Of a DNA stretch of 64,000 bases, positions 22,965-34,694 are shown piece by piece. The notes under the pieces are model-generated. The model saw only the letters and a program-made list of their open reading frames with translations, searched no databases and was not told where the DNA came from. Origin of the DNA: Cenococcum geophilum (lineage: Eukaryota); contig CP158635.1 in NCBI GenBank assembly GCA_050273025.1, positions 22,940,001 to 23,004,000 on the forward strand. The letters are read 5' to 3'. Position numbers and translations under genes: made by a program. The stretch's first letter is position 1, and each line of letters starts with the position of its first letter.

Positions 22965-25900
22965 ATAGACGAGAAATCCGTTAAATTTTCCAAGGAAAAT
23001 TTCCAAATTACTGACTTACAGCCAGTAATTTGGTTCCTTAGAGAAATTTAACGGATTTCTCGCGCCTGCGGCGGGCTTTTGTCCTTCTAAACTCAGTCTG
23101 TCCTACTACTACCCTACTACTGCCCTACTGCTGCCCTACTGCCCTACTGCCCTACTACTGCCCTGCTACTGCCCTGCTACTGCCCTGCTACTGCCCTGCT
23201 ACTGCCTTACTGCCCTATTACTGCCCTACTACTATACTATCCCCCTATATCTTAGCCCGTAACGGGCAGTAACACCTTTAAATATATAATATTAGTAGTA
23301 GTAGCATCGCCTCCCTGCCGCAGTAATAGCGAAAGCCCACCTATATCTGTTACTCTTAATAGTGCAATATATAGCTGCCTATGCGTAAAGACTAGTATAC
23401 GCAAATTAACCCTAATAAAGTTAAAAGACTGCCTTTGCAACTTGTTTACTGTTATAGTAAAGTATAGCTAGATTAGAAACTGCCTTCTACTAATAATAAA
23501 CGGCAGTTCTCCCTCTATAGAGGTAAGCTTAATATAAGGGATTAGCCGTAGCTACCTATAAAAGCTGCCGCTAAGTATTTAAGCTTTAATATAGCGCTGG
23601 CCTAGGCGTATAATAACTATACGGGTGCTATTACAGAGGCCCTTCTTAGGGTAGAGGTTCCGTAAAAGAATTATAGGCGCGCCTACCTTAAGGGAAAGCT
23701 TTAACGGAGGTAAGCTATTAGAATTAAGTGTTTGCAGAAGCTCTAGCGGCGGTAGTATAACGTTGCCATTATCTTCTTCTCTACTTTGCTTTATAGTATC
23801 TATAGAAAAAAAGGTCCTTAGGGAGCCGTAGAGCCGCATAAGGATAGCCTCGTTAATCTCAGCTATAGTATTATTATAAATAGTTAGGATAGCGCGATTG
23901 CGGAAGGTATTAAAAGTAGTATATACCCGCGTAAGTAGTTGCGGAGGGTATATATACCCGTAAAAGGGTTCCTTAGACCGGAACTAGCCTATATTAAGTA
24001 GGATAGTAACGCTGCTAGATAGGAACGTATTATAGGATAAGCTCTATACCTAAGCTGTAAACTACTAATTAACCTTACCTTAGTAGATACGTATATTTAA
24101 CCGCAGGGATAATATATAAAAGGTAGGCTAGAGGAATAACCGCTATAAGCAGGCACCTATAATAGCTACGCGGTTCCCCTATAGGACGACAGGCAGTATC
24201 TAAGTAAAGTCGCCACCTAAGATAGTAGGGAGTCCGCTAAAGGTAGAGTCGTTAGAATAGACGTCCGTAAGTATACGGTATACGGCTTTAAAGTAGTAGT
24301 AGTACTATATTAGTACCTTATCCTAAATAAGCAGAGAAGTATGGTATAAAAGCTTAACTAGATTTAAGCCTTTAGAGATATTATAAGTAGACTCTTTATA
24401 TAAATTAATAGGTATCTAAAAACAGAAGTAGGCAGTACGGCCGCTAGGTAGTAGGAGGGCCGTAATACTAAAAGAAGCTATATAAAGAATAATCTTACTA
24501 CATAAGCGGTAGTAGTAGTAAAGGTAGTAATAGAGAAACGTTTTACTAGTACCTATAGGGCCCTAAAGAAAGAAGCGGGCCGTTTAAGGATTAGTATCTA
24601 TAGCGGCAACAACGGTATTAAAGCACGATACTTAGTCCGTACTTAGCTATTAGCGTAGCTTAATAAACTAGCGTTCTTCCTCTATAGGGTTATATTGCTA
24701 TAACTTAGCTATAAGAAACGGGTTACTTCCCTCTATAATAACACCCCACTAGTACTGGAACTAGGGTAGGCTATAGTCCGTAAGCGTCTTCTAGTAATTA
24801 GTAAGTATCTAATAGATAAGGTATAGGCCGTAATTAAGATAGGTGTTATTATCCTTACTAACTATAGGAGGAGTATTAGGCTAGCGGGCTAGAAAGTGAG
24901 GCAGATTATTATAAATAGACTATTTAAAGCAGTCCTATAAAGCAACTAGCTTTATAATAGGGCTATAAAATAAAGCGGCTATAAATAAGGAGCGTAGCTA
25001 GGCGCTAATAGCAAAAACGGCGGCCTCCGTTAAGTAATTAATCTACTTATAATTATCCTCTAGTAGCTTTAGGGCCACATAGGCAGCCTAGAAGATTAGA
25101 TAAACTATACTAATAATAGTATAAAGGTCTTTAAAGGAGGTAGGGCTGGAAACGGACGTTAGTAGCAGCTATAAGTAGAACCTCTCGCCCGTAACGGGAC
25201 TATAGTAATATATACGGCCTTTTACAAAGCCTCGCTAACGTAGACGCCACTCCCATTACTTTAAAATAAAGGTATACTACTTGGGGAAGTCTTAATATAG
25301 GCGGTTACGGCCGTCCTTATACTCCGTATTATATTTAAAGAAGGCTATTAGTATAGAGCGAGAGAGCTTAAGGCGCTGCTAAATCTCCTTAGCGGACTAA
25401 TTAGGCTAAAAGTATACGGACTACTTGCCTAGAAGGTGCACCGTAAGCTAGGTTATAGGGGGGAACTCCTTATAAATAGAATATTTAAATAGCCGCCAGA
25501 TAGCCTCGGAGGGGCCGATATAATAGCCCTATAATTACTAGCTTACCTTATCGCCGTTAGTAAGCCGTAAAGTAGTGTAGTCGTTTCCCTTATATATATA
25601 CTTATAGATATACTTAATAGACCGTACGGAGGTATAGACCTTAATATTAATATACATATAATACTTTATAGTTAGATATAAGTAGTATAGAATAACTTAG
25701 CGGTTATCTATTTTAAATATACTCTAATAGGCCCTAGTAAGCGGATAGACTATAACTATAAATTATTATAACGGCGGTATTTTAAATAGCCGTCTATATA
25801 TATAACGGTAGTAGGGTTAAAAGGCTTAGGGTATTACTTTAAGTAGGTTAGCGGAAGACCTAGCCCTAGGGTAACTATATAGGGAGCTTACGGATTCTAG

Positions 25901-26670
25901 AAGCCGCTAGGGCCGTAAACTATTATTAACTTTATAATCTTAGTAAGGTGACTAGTAGGATTGTTCTCCGGCTATAGAAGCTTAGTAAATATAAAACAAT
26001 TAATAATAACTAGGTTTAGTAGCCTATTACAGTTATATAGATATAGGAAGAGTAGTAGGTATAAATAAGGCAGGCCCTATTTCTAGTACTTAATAGTTTA
26101 GATATAGCCGCGAAACTAGCTAAAGATCTATACCCGTTTTAGGTCGTATATAAAGTGGTTTAGCTTTAGGTAAAAGACGCGTATAACTAAATCGGGCCTA
26201 TTTATAGCGGTCTAGCTAGGTAGTAGCTTACGGGCAATCTCGTTTTACTTAGGGTTAGCAGTAAACGTAATAAATAGGCTTAAACGGCCGTATTTACGGA
26301 TAATAGCTATTAAATCCTAAAAGCACTGCCTAATAAAGCGAGCTCCACTAAGGAAGCTTAATAAAAGGACTATACAGCGGCCTAATAATTTAAGGTCTAG
26401 ATTGGCGCGGGTAAGAGTATTAGTAATATTATTATATAGCTTTACATAGAGGCTAAATTAGTAGGAGTAAATCTAGTTAAGCTTATTCTAATTATATAGC
26501 GCCTATATATCTATAACGTACTACTAAAATAGCCGGTAGTAGGTAAAAGGGACTAACTTAGAGTGCCTATAGACGTGTAGGTAGAACTAAAAGTAGGCCT
26601 ATTAGGTTAAATGGTTTCGCTAATAGGCTTAATTAAAGTTACGTAGCTAGAGACCCTAGTGCTAGCTATT
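22965..26670 (-). mobile_element. 5'-truncated RIP-degraded Helitron (Rep + PIF1 helicase)
   Basis: Rep remnants (FITFTANP, *NRACL for QKRGLP, NIKVYTSVRSIKYIYKYIYKG, YIGPSEAIWRL). Helicase motifs (FFL*GPIGTSKTF, LGGDFT*ILPV, LKVGAPIILLRNL..KGLCNSTR, QLYIALLRV). Stop at ~23252; large terminal hairpin at 22970-23062. Confidence 0.9.
23098..23238. repeat. Degenerate 8-11-bp tandem repeat (CTGCCCTGCTA / CTGCCCTA) in the Helitron 3' UTR
   Basis: Directly visible. Confidence 0.85.
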
Positions 26671-29600
26671 ACATATCGGGGGGGCTGATTTGGCGCGGTT
26701 ACGACCCGGGTTAATACGAGGTTAGGGCCACCCTTGCTGATAACGCGCCCGAACCCCGCACGAGGTCGCGCAGCGACCGCCCCCGAGTACCTTCGCATGC
26801 GATTTTAGGCGAAAAGGTACATAATGTATATTAGATCGGTACTTCTAGACGGTCGCGTAATATTACTCTAAATTTATAACACCTAAACGCGCTCTACTCC
26901 TACATTAAGGCGTCTTAGTTACTATAATGCAGTCCTATATTAAAACGTCTTGGTCACTAGAGTATAGTCCTACATTAAGGCGTCTCGGATATTATAGTAT
27001 AGTCCTATATTAAGGCGTCTCGGTCACTACAGTATAGTCTTATATTAAGGCGTCTTGGTCACTGCAGTAGTCCTATATTAAGGTGTCTTGGTTACTACAG
27101 TGCAGTCTTATATTAAGGCGTCTCGGTCACTATAGTAATCCTATATTAAGGCGTCTTAGTTACTATAGTAAGATAGTATTATATATATATATATACTGCT
27201 TAATACAAAGCCTTTCCCTCCCTTTCCCTCCCCCCCGCCCTAAGGGCTAGTAGTTAAATATTCTTATAAAGCTAATCTAAAGAACGCCGGCCTCGCAGCT
27301 GCTCTAGCTGGTTAATAGCCTATCTCTTATCTCTTGCCATACCGTCTTCTATACGCCGTCTTATATCCTTAATTATCCTGCGGCGACGGCTATAAAATAT
27401 AGCCTCGCTATTAACCCGCTAGCGTGCCCCCTAGCAGCAATTAAGAGCTTTAATTAACGGCCTACCCGCTAGCCCTAAAGTCTACTTAGCCCAGAGCTAG
27501 AACACCGAATTACCGCCCTAAAGTATCTTATATTTCCTTAGCGGCGCCTACAGGTTAAGAATAAATAGGAGAGGTAGTTAAGTATCTGCTTACGCCTGCG
27601 CTAGTAGGGGCGGTGCGGATATAGTAGATAGCTAAGTAGGGGGTGCGGATATTGGCTAAGCGGGGGGTGCGGATATAGTAGATGGCTAAGTAGGGGGTAC
27701 GGGTATTAGCTGAGCGGGGGGTGCGGATATAGTAGATAGCTAAGTAGGCGGTGCGGATATTATAGATAGCTAAGCGGGTGGCGCGGATATAGTAGACGTT
27801 ATAGTAGACGGCGTAGGCCCGCCTAAAGGTGGATATACGGACTCCATAGGCTCTATCTAGATGCCTGTCTTTTCTTACTAGATCTATATAGGTATAGGTG
27901 CAAATAATGCCAATAACCTTTCTATCTTACTAAGGCGTTCTAAGATTATATGCACGTATAATTAAATACCTTTAATCTCTAAGATTGCGGCCTTATGTTT
28001 TAGCTTAGCTACGGCCTTATAGGCGGGCCAGTATTTCCGTATTATTAGCTTATTTAGCGTAACTACGTTAGCTAGCGAGCTTTTTACCCACGCGGTAAAC
28101 CTCTAGTACTCCTCACAGCTAAAGAGGGAGTCCTTTTATAGGGGGTGGAGCGGAAACTGCTTATATAGGATTACTAAGTCCTGTAATAGGATTACCCTAA
28201 GCGCGCGGAGGAGGTGTAGAAATCCTAAGCCCGTAAGGTTAAGCCGTATAACCTTATTATCGGCCCTATCTAGGTAGTAGGTCTCTATATATTTTAGCCA
28301 GACGTTAGTCTTAGGCTATATCTTTAAACAGAGGGCCTCCTCTAGCACCTCCCGCGCGTAGGGAAGAAAGTAGCCCTTTCCTTCCTTTAGGAAGCCAGTA
28401 ATTGACCGCATAAACATACGGGGTAGGTAGCTAAGGTAGGCTCCTATCATCGCGTCCGTATTCTAGCGTCCGGCCCATTTAATTTAGGTCTCCTTAATAC
28501 CGCTAAGCTTGGCGTGCCGGACGCTTTACTTACGGGCGCTATAGGTCTTCTCTTTTAAGTAAATCCCTACTCCCTAGAACATCTTCTTATTCTATTTAAA
28601 CTGCGTATAATAGCTTAACAGCCATTGCGGTACTTTAACACTGCTAGGGAAGACGTATAGGTTATAGTAGTCCTCTAGCTACTAAAAGGATAGAAAGCTC
28701 TTAGCACCGTTCTTACCCTAGCGGTTAAAGAAGTAGAAGGCTATTATAGAGAGAGGGTAGAGAATAGGGTCAGCGTTCCGTATATAGCCTATATACTTAA
28801 CCTTACCGTGCTAGTTCTGCTTCCTTTATATTATTAATATAATTATATACAGCGCTAGCTTGTTTAGCTTAGGCTTTTTGTTTTCTAGTTTAATAAGGAT
28901 AAGGTTAGTAAGCTAAACGTCCCATCTACTCTTGCCCTAGGTAACGGTAGTATAGCCTAAGAAACGGGTTAGAAAACGGCAGCTGTATAAACTAGATAAG
29001 GTATATAGTAGTAGTAATATACAAACCTAATAAATGCTCGGCCGTAGTTTAAAGATAAGACTTAACTAAACCTGGTATCTTAGAGCCTATCTCCTAGCAC
29101 TAAATAATCGCCCTTTTAAGCCCTTTAACGTTATAGCCGCCAGTAATTATAAATAGGCTTCGGTTAATAAAGTTAACGCGTTAAATCCGGTCCTTATTAC
29201 GGCGGATGCTATTTAGTATCGCCGAGAGCTTTGCCCCCCATAGCGGCTATAAGGCCTTACCTTCTAATTGCTATATATAAAGCTCAGTAATAGCGGAGAC
29301 GTAGCTATTTATAACTAAGTATTAGACTATCTCATTAAATAGGGCGTCTAGGGCCTCCTTATCCCATATCTCTTCCTCGTCCTTTATAGCTTCCTCTGCG
29401 GCTACGGCTGCCCCTATAGCTGCCTTCCCCCTTAGCTGCCCTCCCGCCGTCTTCTACCTCTTCTTTGCTCGTTTACTATCTTTCTATATCTCTTTCCGTT
29501 TCGACTTCCATTTTTAATAGCCAGCGGCCTATAATTCTTGGTTAACGACTTACTGCTCTAGAAATAGGTAAAGCTTATCTTCTATTACCCAGGCGCCGTC

Positions 29601-30200
29601 CATATTGCCTTTTAGTTTCGCGCACTAGTCTTCCCACTCTTTTTACTTCGGCTTATACGCCCTTATAGTATTCTTTAAGCGCTAGGCCTTATAAATATCC
29701 TATAGCCGCGCCGTCTGGGCCTTAAATTCGCTCTGGAGGCTATAGAGGGGGGAGGCTAGGGGGGCTTCCTTTAACCGTAAAGTGGACCGTAAGGTAAGAA
29801 GATTCTTAAAAGACTCTATATCCGCAAGAGGTAAGGGGGAAAACGCGTAAGCGCGGTATAGGTAAATAGAGCTACTAAACGCGTAAATATTAAAGGAGAA
29901 GGGAGAAGAGGGCTCTATATTATAGAATTAGAATTATAGTAGGCCTTTCTATATAAAATCAGAAGCCCCGCGTAAGCTAGGAGCTAGCGCGGGCACGAGG
30001 ACAGGAGAGGGTTGAGGCGACGATGAGGTTAAGGGCGCGCGCTGAGGACCTTTATACTAACCTAGTACTAACCTAGGCCTCAAAAACGCGTCCAAAAAGT
30101 AGGGGCCACCACCAAAAGGGGGGGGTGATATTTGGACGATATGTCGCGGACCTTGGGGGGTCGTGCGTAACCCGAGGTTATGCTAAGCCTAACCCCGACC
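26671..30200 (-). mobile_element. RIP-degraded Crypton (tyrosine-recombinase transposon; Ndc10-like YR domain + GCR1_C); boundaries approximate
   Basis: Minus-strand translation of ~29820-27255 gives GKQN*HGKVKYIGYIRNADPILYPLSIIAFYFF, AGR*NTDAMIGAYLSYLPRMFMRSITGF and C-terminal LWAK*TLGLAGRPLIKALN...FYSRRRRII...SLD*LYKNI*. Confidence 0.85.
26897..27170. repeat. 35-bp minisatellite (about 8 copies) followed by (TA)n, downstream of the Crypton ORF
   Basis: Unit agtcctatattaaggcgtctcggtcactacagtat. Confidence 0.9.
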
Positions 30201-30204
30201 TCCG

Positions 30205-31008
30205 ATACCTGCAATTTGCAGCAACTTGCGGCAATTTGCTATAAACATATAGGCTACTTCTACACCCGCCTACCCTATCTATGTGTTTGTAGCAAATCGC
30301 TGCAAATTACCGTAAATTATTAAAATCGCGACTTAAGCAAGTTAAGCAGACCCTAATTTTTAGCTATAAATTTTTTCTTTCTTAATATAAAGCTCTATGT
30401 AGGTCTTTAACAGAGCTCTGCGTAAAGCTTTGATGGAGCTCCGCGTAGAGCTTTAATAGAGCTCCGCGTAGAGCTTTGATAGAGCTCCGCGTAGAGCTTT
30501 GATAGAGCTCCATGCAGAGCTTTGATAGAGCTCCGTGCAGAGCTTTGAGGGAGCTCCGTGCAGAGCTTTGAGGGAGCTCCGTGCAGAGCTTTGAGGGAGC
30601 TCCGTGCAGAGCTTTGAGGGAGCTCTACACGGCGCTCCACTAAAGGCTCTACTAGAAGCTTTGCCAGAAGCTCTGCACGAAGCTTTGCCAGAAGCTCTAC
30701 ACAAAGCTTTGCCAGAGCCTCTGCACGAAACTCTACCAAAGGCTCTCTACGAAGCCCCCTCAAAGCTCTGCACGGAGCTCCCTCAAAGCTCTGCACGGAG
30801 CTCCCTCAAAGCTCTGCACGGAGCTCCACCAAAGCTCTGCACGAAGCTTTGCCAGAAACTCTACACAAAGCTTTGCCAGAAACTCTACACAAAGCTTTGC
30901 CAGAGGCTCTACACAAAGCTCTGCCAGAGGCTCTCTACGAAGCCCCCTTAAAGCTCTACACGGAGCTCTGTCAAAACCCTGCACGGAGCGCTAGGTGGTG
31001 GAACACGT
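30205..31008. repeat. Fold-back repeat block (imperfect IR plus 23-bp and 24-bp arrays in opposite orientations), probable transposon terminus
   Basis: IR at 30213-30318. AGAGCTTTGAGGGAGCTCCGTGC array at 30410-30625 with reverse-complement copies at 30757-30830. Ends GGAACACGT|TA, like a pogo TIR end. Confidence 0.7.
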
Positions 31009-31176
31009 TATGGAATAACTGATTGTCCGAGCTCGCGTCTCCTAATGCTTACCTTTCCTATCTCTGTGCCTCAATCAACATACATTTGTGACTCACTTCA
31101 TCCATGGCTTTATACACCGCCAATATGCCCTCATTCAGGTTGACAATTGCTCTTGCAATTGAACCAGACACTCACA

Positions 31177-31740
31177 ATGGAATCTTTTTCAATCCGCCTT
31201 ACCCAAACCACTGACCTCCCCTTGATCCAAGCCATTGAAGTGGCTTCCTGTCAAGCCTTTCGCGCTCTGGGAATGAGTGTAATTGCGGATGACCCTCCAC
31301 TGTCTCTAGAATCTCTCATGGTGTATCACCAAGCGGAACACGCCTGGGTGGCCGTGCCGTCTGGAGACGATGACAAGCCAATTGCGTACATCCTGGTATA
31401 CGTCGTGCACAACGATGGGCTTGAAGGCTGGAGATGCGCGTTCATACACCAAGTCACCGTTTTGCCAGACTACTCTTGCCGAGGTATTGGGAAAGCATTA
31501 ATCGAACACGTGGCGGAATGGGCCAGGAAAAACGGAATGAGGGCGCTGGATCTGACAACTTTTGTGGATGTTCCATGGAACAAGCCATACTATGAACGGC
31601 TTGGCTTCCTAGTTGTGGATGAAGAGACATTGCTATGCAATCATGCGGTCGGTTTGAGACGCGTCATCTTGTGTGAGAGGCAAGACAAAGTCTTAGGAAA
31701 TTGGCCTAGGGTTGCGATGAGGAAGTCTCTTGACAATTGA
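31177..31740 (+). CDS. GNAT-family N-acetyltransferase (intronless, 187 aa)
   Basis: Acetyl-CoA motif A (HQVTVLPDYSCRGIGKALI) and LTTFVDVPWNKPYYERLGF; intact and not RIP-affected. Confidence 0.88.
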   Translation: MESFSIRLTQTTDLPLIQAIEVASCQAFRALGMSVIADDPPLSLESLMVYHQAEHAWVAVPSGDDDKPIAYILVYVVHNDGLEGWRCAFIHQVTVLPDYSCRGIGKALIEHVAEWARKNGMRALDLTTFVDVPWNKPYYERLGFLVVDEETLLCNHAVGLRRVILCERQDKVLGNWPRVAMRKSLDN

Positions 31741-32100
31741 AGAACCCTATTGCCGCTGCAATCCTAGTTGCACGACTTGCTCTACTTGGCCATGGGCTTG
31801 AGTTTATGGAGAGGTGTACAAAAACAATCAGCTGCGGATATGCGGAAATGTATGTTGTCGATATGAAAAGAGTGTATGCCTTAGGGCCTGTTTGGTTCCA
31901 CTGGAGGTATCAGTTTCTAAATTGAGGTGGTCGTAGCTTTTGGCGCATTTTAGTGTAACTCTTCTGCCGCGTCTTAGACGCCATGTCAGTGGTGTAAAAT
32001 TGAAGACCTGTTTGGTTTGACTGCCATCTAGAAGTTGACGGAAGGACCACCTCCCTTACCTCCACCTTCCTTACCTCCACCTTCCCTACCTGCCACCTAT

Positions 32101-33141
32101 ATGATGTCAACGCGCACGCCTGCGCCAAGAGGCCGTGTATCCCAAATACGAGACGGATCCACCTCATGCTCACCCTCACCCTCACCCTCACCCTCCAATC
32201 GCGAGCGTTCAATTATACCCAGAGAAGGACGGAGGGGGCCGTTGGCATGGACTTTTGATATAAAGGAGGCTCTGCTTTCGGGCTTAATATTTAAGGCAAT
32301 TAATAAGGGAATGCGGGCCGATTCTGGCTATAAGAAGCAGGCGTGGGAGTACGCCGCGGAGGCTGTTCGTGAAAAGGCTAAAAGGCCTAATATGGAGCTT
32401 AAGCAGATAAAATCAAAGCATAACTCGTGTAAGAAGGACTATAAGGCTTAGGTTAAGCTTAAGGGTTAGTCGGGGTTTGGGTAGAATAAGAGAGGCTGTC
32501 CTACTGCGTTAAAAAAGGTCCTTAACAATTACTTTAAGGCCAATCCAGATGCAAGGAAGTTCCGACATAAGCCTCTAGAGCTTAAAGATCTGCACTACCA
32601 GTTATTTGCTAATATAATCGCCACTAGTAAGCAAGCTATAACCTTTAGTAAGCTTATAGAAGGTAATAAGGCTACTAACGATAATTATATAGAGGATAGT
32701 GCTGTTATTGGTTTAACTGAGCGCTTAACTACACCTAGTCAGTAAAGCTCTACTTCTAATTTAAATAAGGATAATAGCACCGTTGGCAACTTCCTTAAAA
32801 AACGAGCAGCTACTAACGCTACTCTTACCGCTAATACTTAAGCTAGGAAGAAGAAGAAGGACGGGATAACATTAACTAATTATTTAGGTTAGAATCTTAC
32901 CCAAATAACAAAGCAGCTTACTGTAATAGTAGACTTAATAATAGATAAACAGGCTTAGGCGATTAAGCTATTTATAAATTAGTTTAAGGACTTAGAGTTT
33001 AATTAGCAGCTTATAGTCATTACTAAATTTAAGAAGAAGTTTAGTATAAAGCTATTTATAAACTTAGGTTAACGGGAGCGTATTTAGTAGGTTTATAAGC
33101 TATTAAGAGAAGCTAGCGAGGATATTAAGCAGATAGATTAG
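32101..33141 (+). pseudogene. Harbinger Myb/SANT-like DNA-binding protein (RIP stops)
   Basis: WTFDIKEALL..GMRADSGYKKQAW...QIKSKHNSCKKDYKA*...SGFG; stops begin at 32449. Confidence 0.85.
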
Positions 33142-33446
33142 ATCCTAGCGTCTTTTAATAGGGACAAACGTGTACGGCTTAATCTTAATATTAAGGATTT
33201 TGAAGAGGTTAAGGAAGTTAAGGAGTAGAATCTTAATAGAGTTTTCAACGCTGTATATAATCAGCTTATTACCACTCTCTTTCTCCCAATATCTCTGTAA
33301 ATATTTGCCTATAAAAACGGGGATAGGGAGTTTTATTAGGCCACTCGCTTATAGAATTAAAGACACATAGCAGTAGTAATATATTCTGAGATTTTTAAAT
33401 AGAAGCTCTATATATTACTACTAGGACGTATAGATATACGCCTATA

Positions 33447-34694
33447 TTACACGTCCAGTTGCCTAATAGTAGTCTTTCCACATCTTATTCGCGATTTCCT
33501 CTTGCCGCTCCTGCATAGGCCTTATATTAATTAAATCCTCGTCATCTACTTCTAATAAATGGTCAACTATAGAACCCTTCCTTTGTTGCTCTAATTTCTT
33601 ATTACTAAACAGCTTAAGATCCTTCTAATTATCTATTATATTATAATGCAGATTAATGAAGTTATATATAGCAGTAAGTGCATAAATTAGCTTTAATTAA
33701 GTGCATAGGTTAAATTAATAAGGCCTATTAAATATCCTCTAACGACGCTTAAAAACACTAAAGGTACGCTTTACTACATTCCTAAGACTTAAATAACAAT
33801 AGTTAAATAGTTTAAACTTATTATTGGGCGCTTTCTCTACCTTTTTAATTTCCTTTAGATAATACCTTACGCTTTAATATAGCGATAATATTATATTTAA
33901 ATTGGTATACCTAGCGTCGGCAAGATAATATCGACCTGGAGGAGCTTTAAATCCCTTGCTTATGGCGTCTTTAAGGACTCTGCCGTTATAAGCAGAGCCT
34001 TCCTATCTAGGCAGAACGTAGGTAAAGCTTATTCCAAAATTAACTACCGCTAAAACGTTTTATGTAATATCGCTATATTAATTTTGGTATGGAATCTACT
34101 TATTCGCGGGTATATAGGCAAAGATATATAAGCCGTTAAGGGCGCCGATATAATTAGCAAAGTATAGCCAGCGCTTAGTGGATTTAAGAATCTCCTTTGG
34201 CATCTCTATAGGTGGGGGTTTAATAATTTGACGGTAAAGGTATAGTAAAGCATCCAAAACCTTATGAAAATGGCTGCTAATTATTACTATAATTTAAATT
34301 AATTATAGGCAGCTATATACCGACTTATTGTCTCCGTTAAATAACCTACCTTTTACTTAACGTTTTGCCAGCTAGATCTATGGCCGCATATATAGAAGAA
34401 CGTTATTACCTTTTTAATAGCTAAGACTCTTAAATCTTTAAGATCCGTATTTAATATAAGCCAATTAAGGAGGTTGTTAAGCACTTTGGGCCGTATACGC
34501 GTCTTATTAAATAGTTAACGCGGTAACTCTAAACAATCCTCTACCTATAATTAGCCTCTATTTATATCGCAAGGACGGCTCTAAACGCCGGTAGGCTTAT
34601 AGTAGTCGGCCAATATATACTCTATAATGGCGGTAATAGCTATAAGGATTAATATAAGGGTAATAATAACAATTCGCTGGGGGGTAGGCGGCAT
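33447..34694 (-). pseudogene. Harbinger DDE transposase (HARBI1-like; RIP stops; one intron at ~34277-34321)
   Basis: YFANYIGALNGLYI (GALDG), *NVLAVVN, EGSAYNGRVL, YYLADARY, LFNYCYLSLRNVVKRTFSVFKRR. Confidence 0.88.

Noticed and set aside
30407..30984. Four overlapping repetitive ORFs
   Set aside because: Translations of 23/24-bp arrays with no domain signal.
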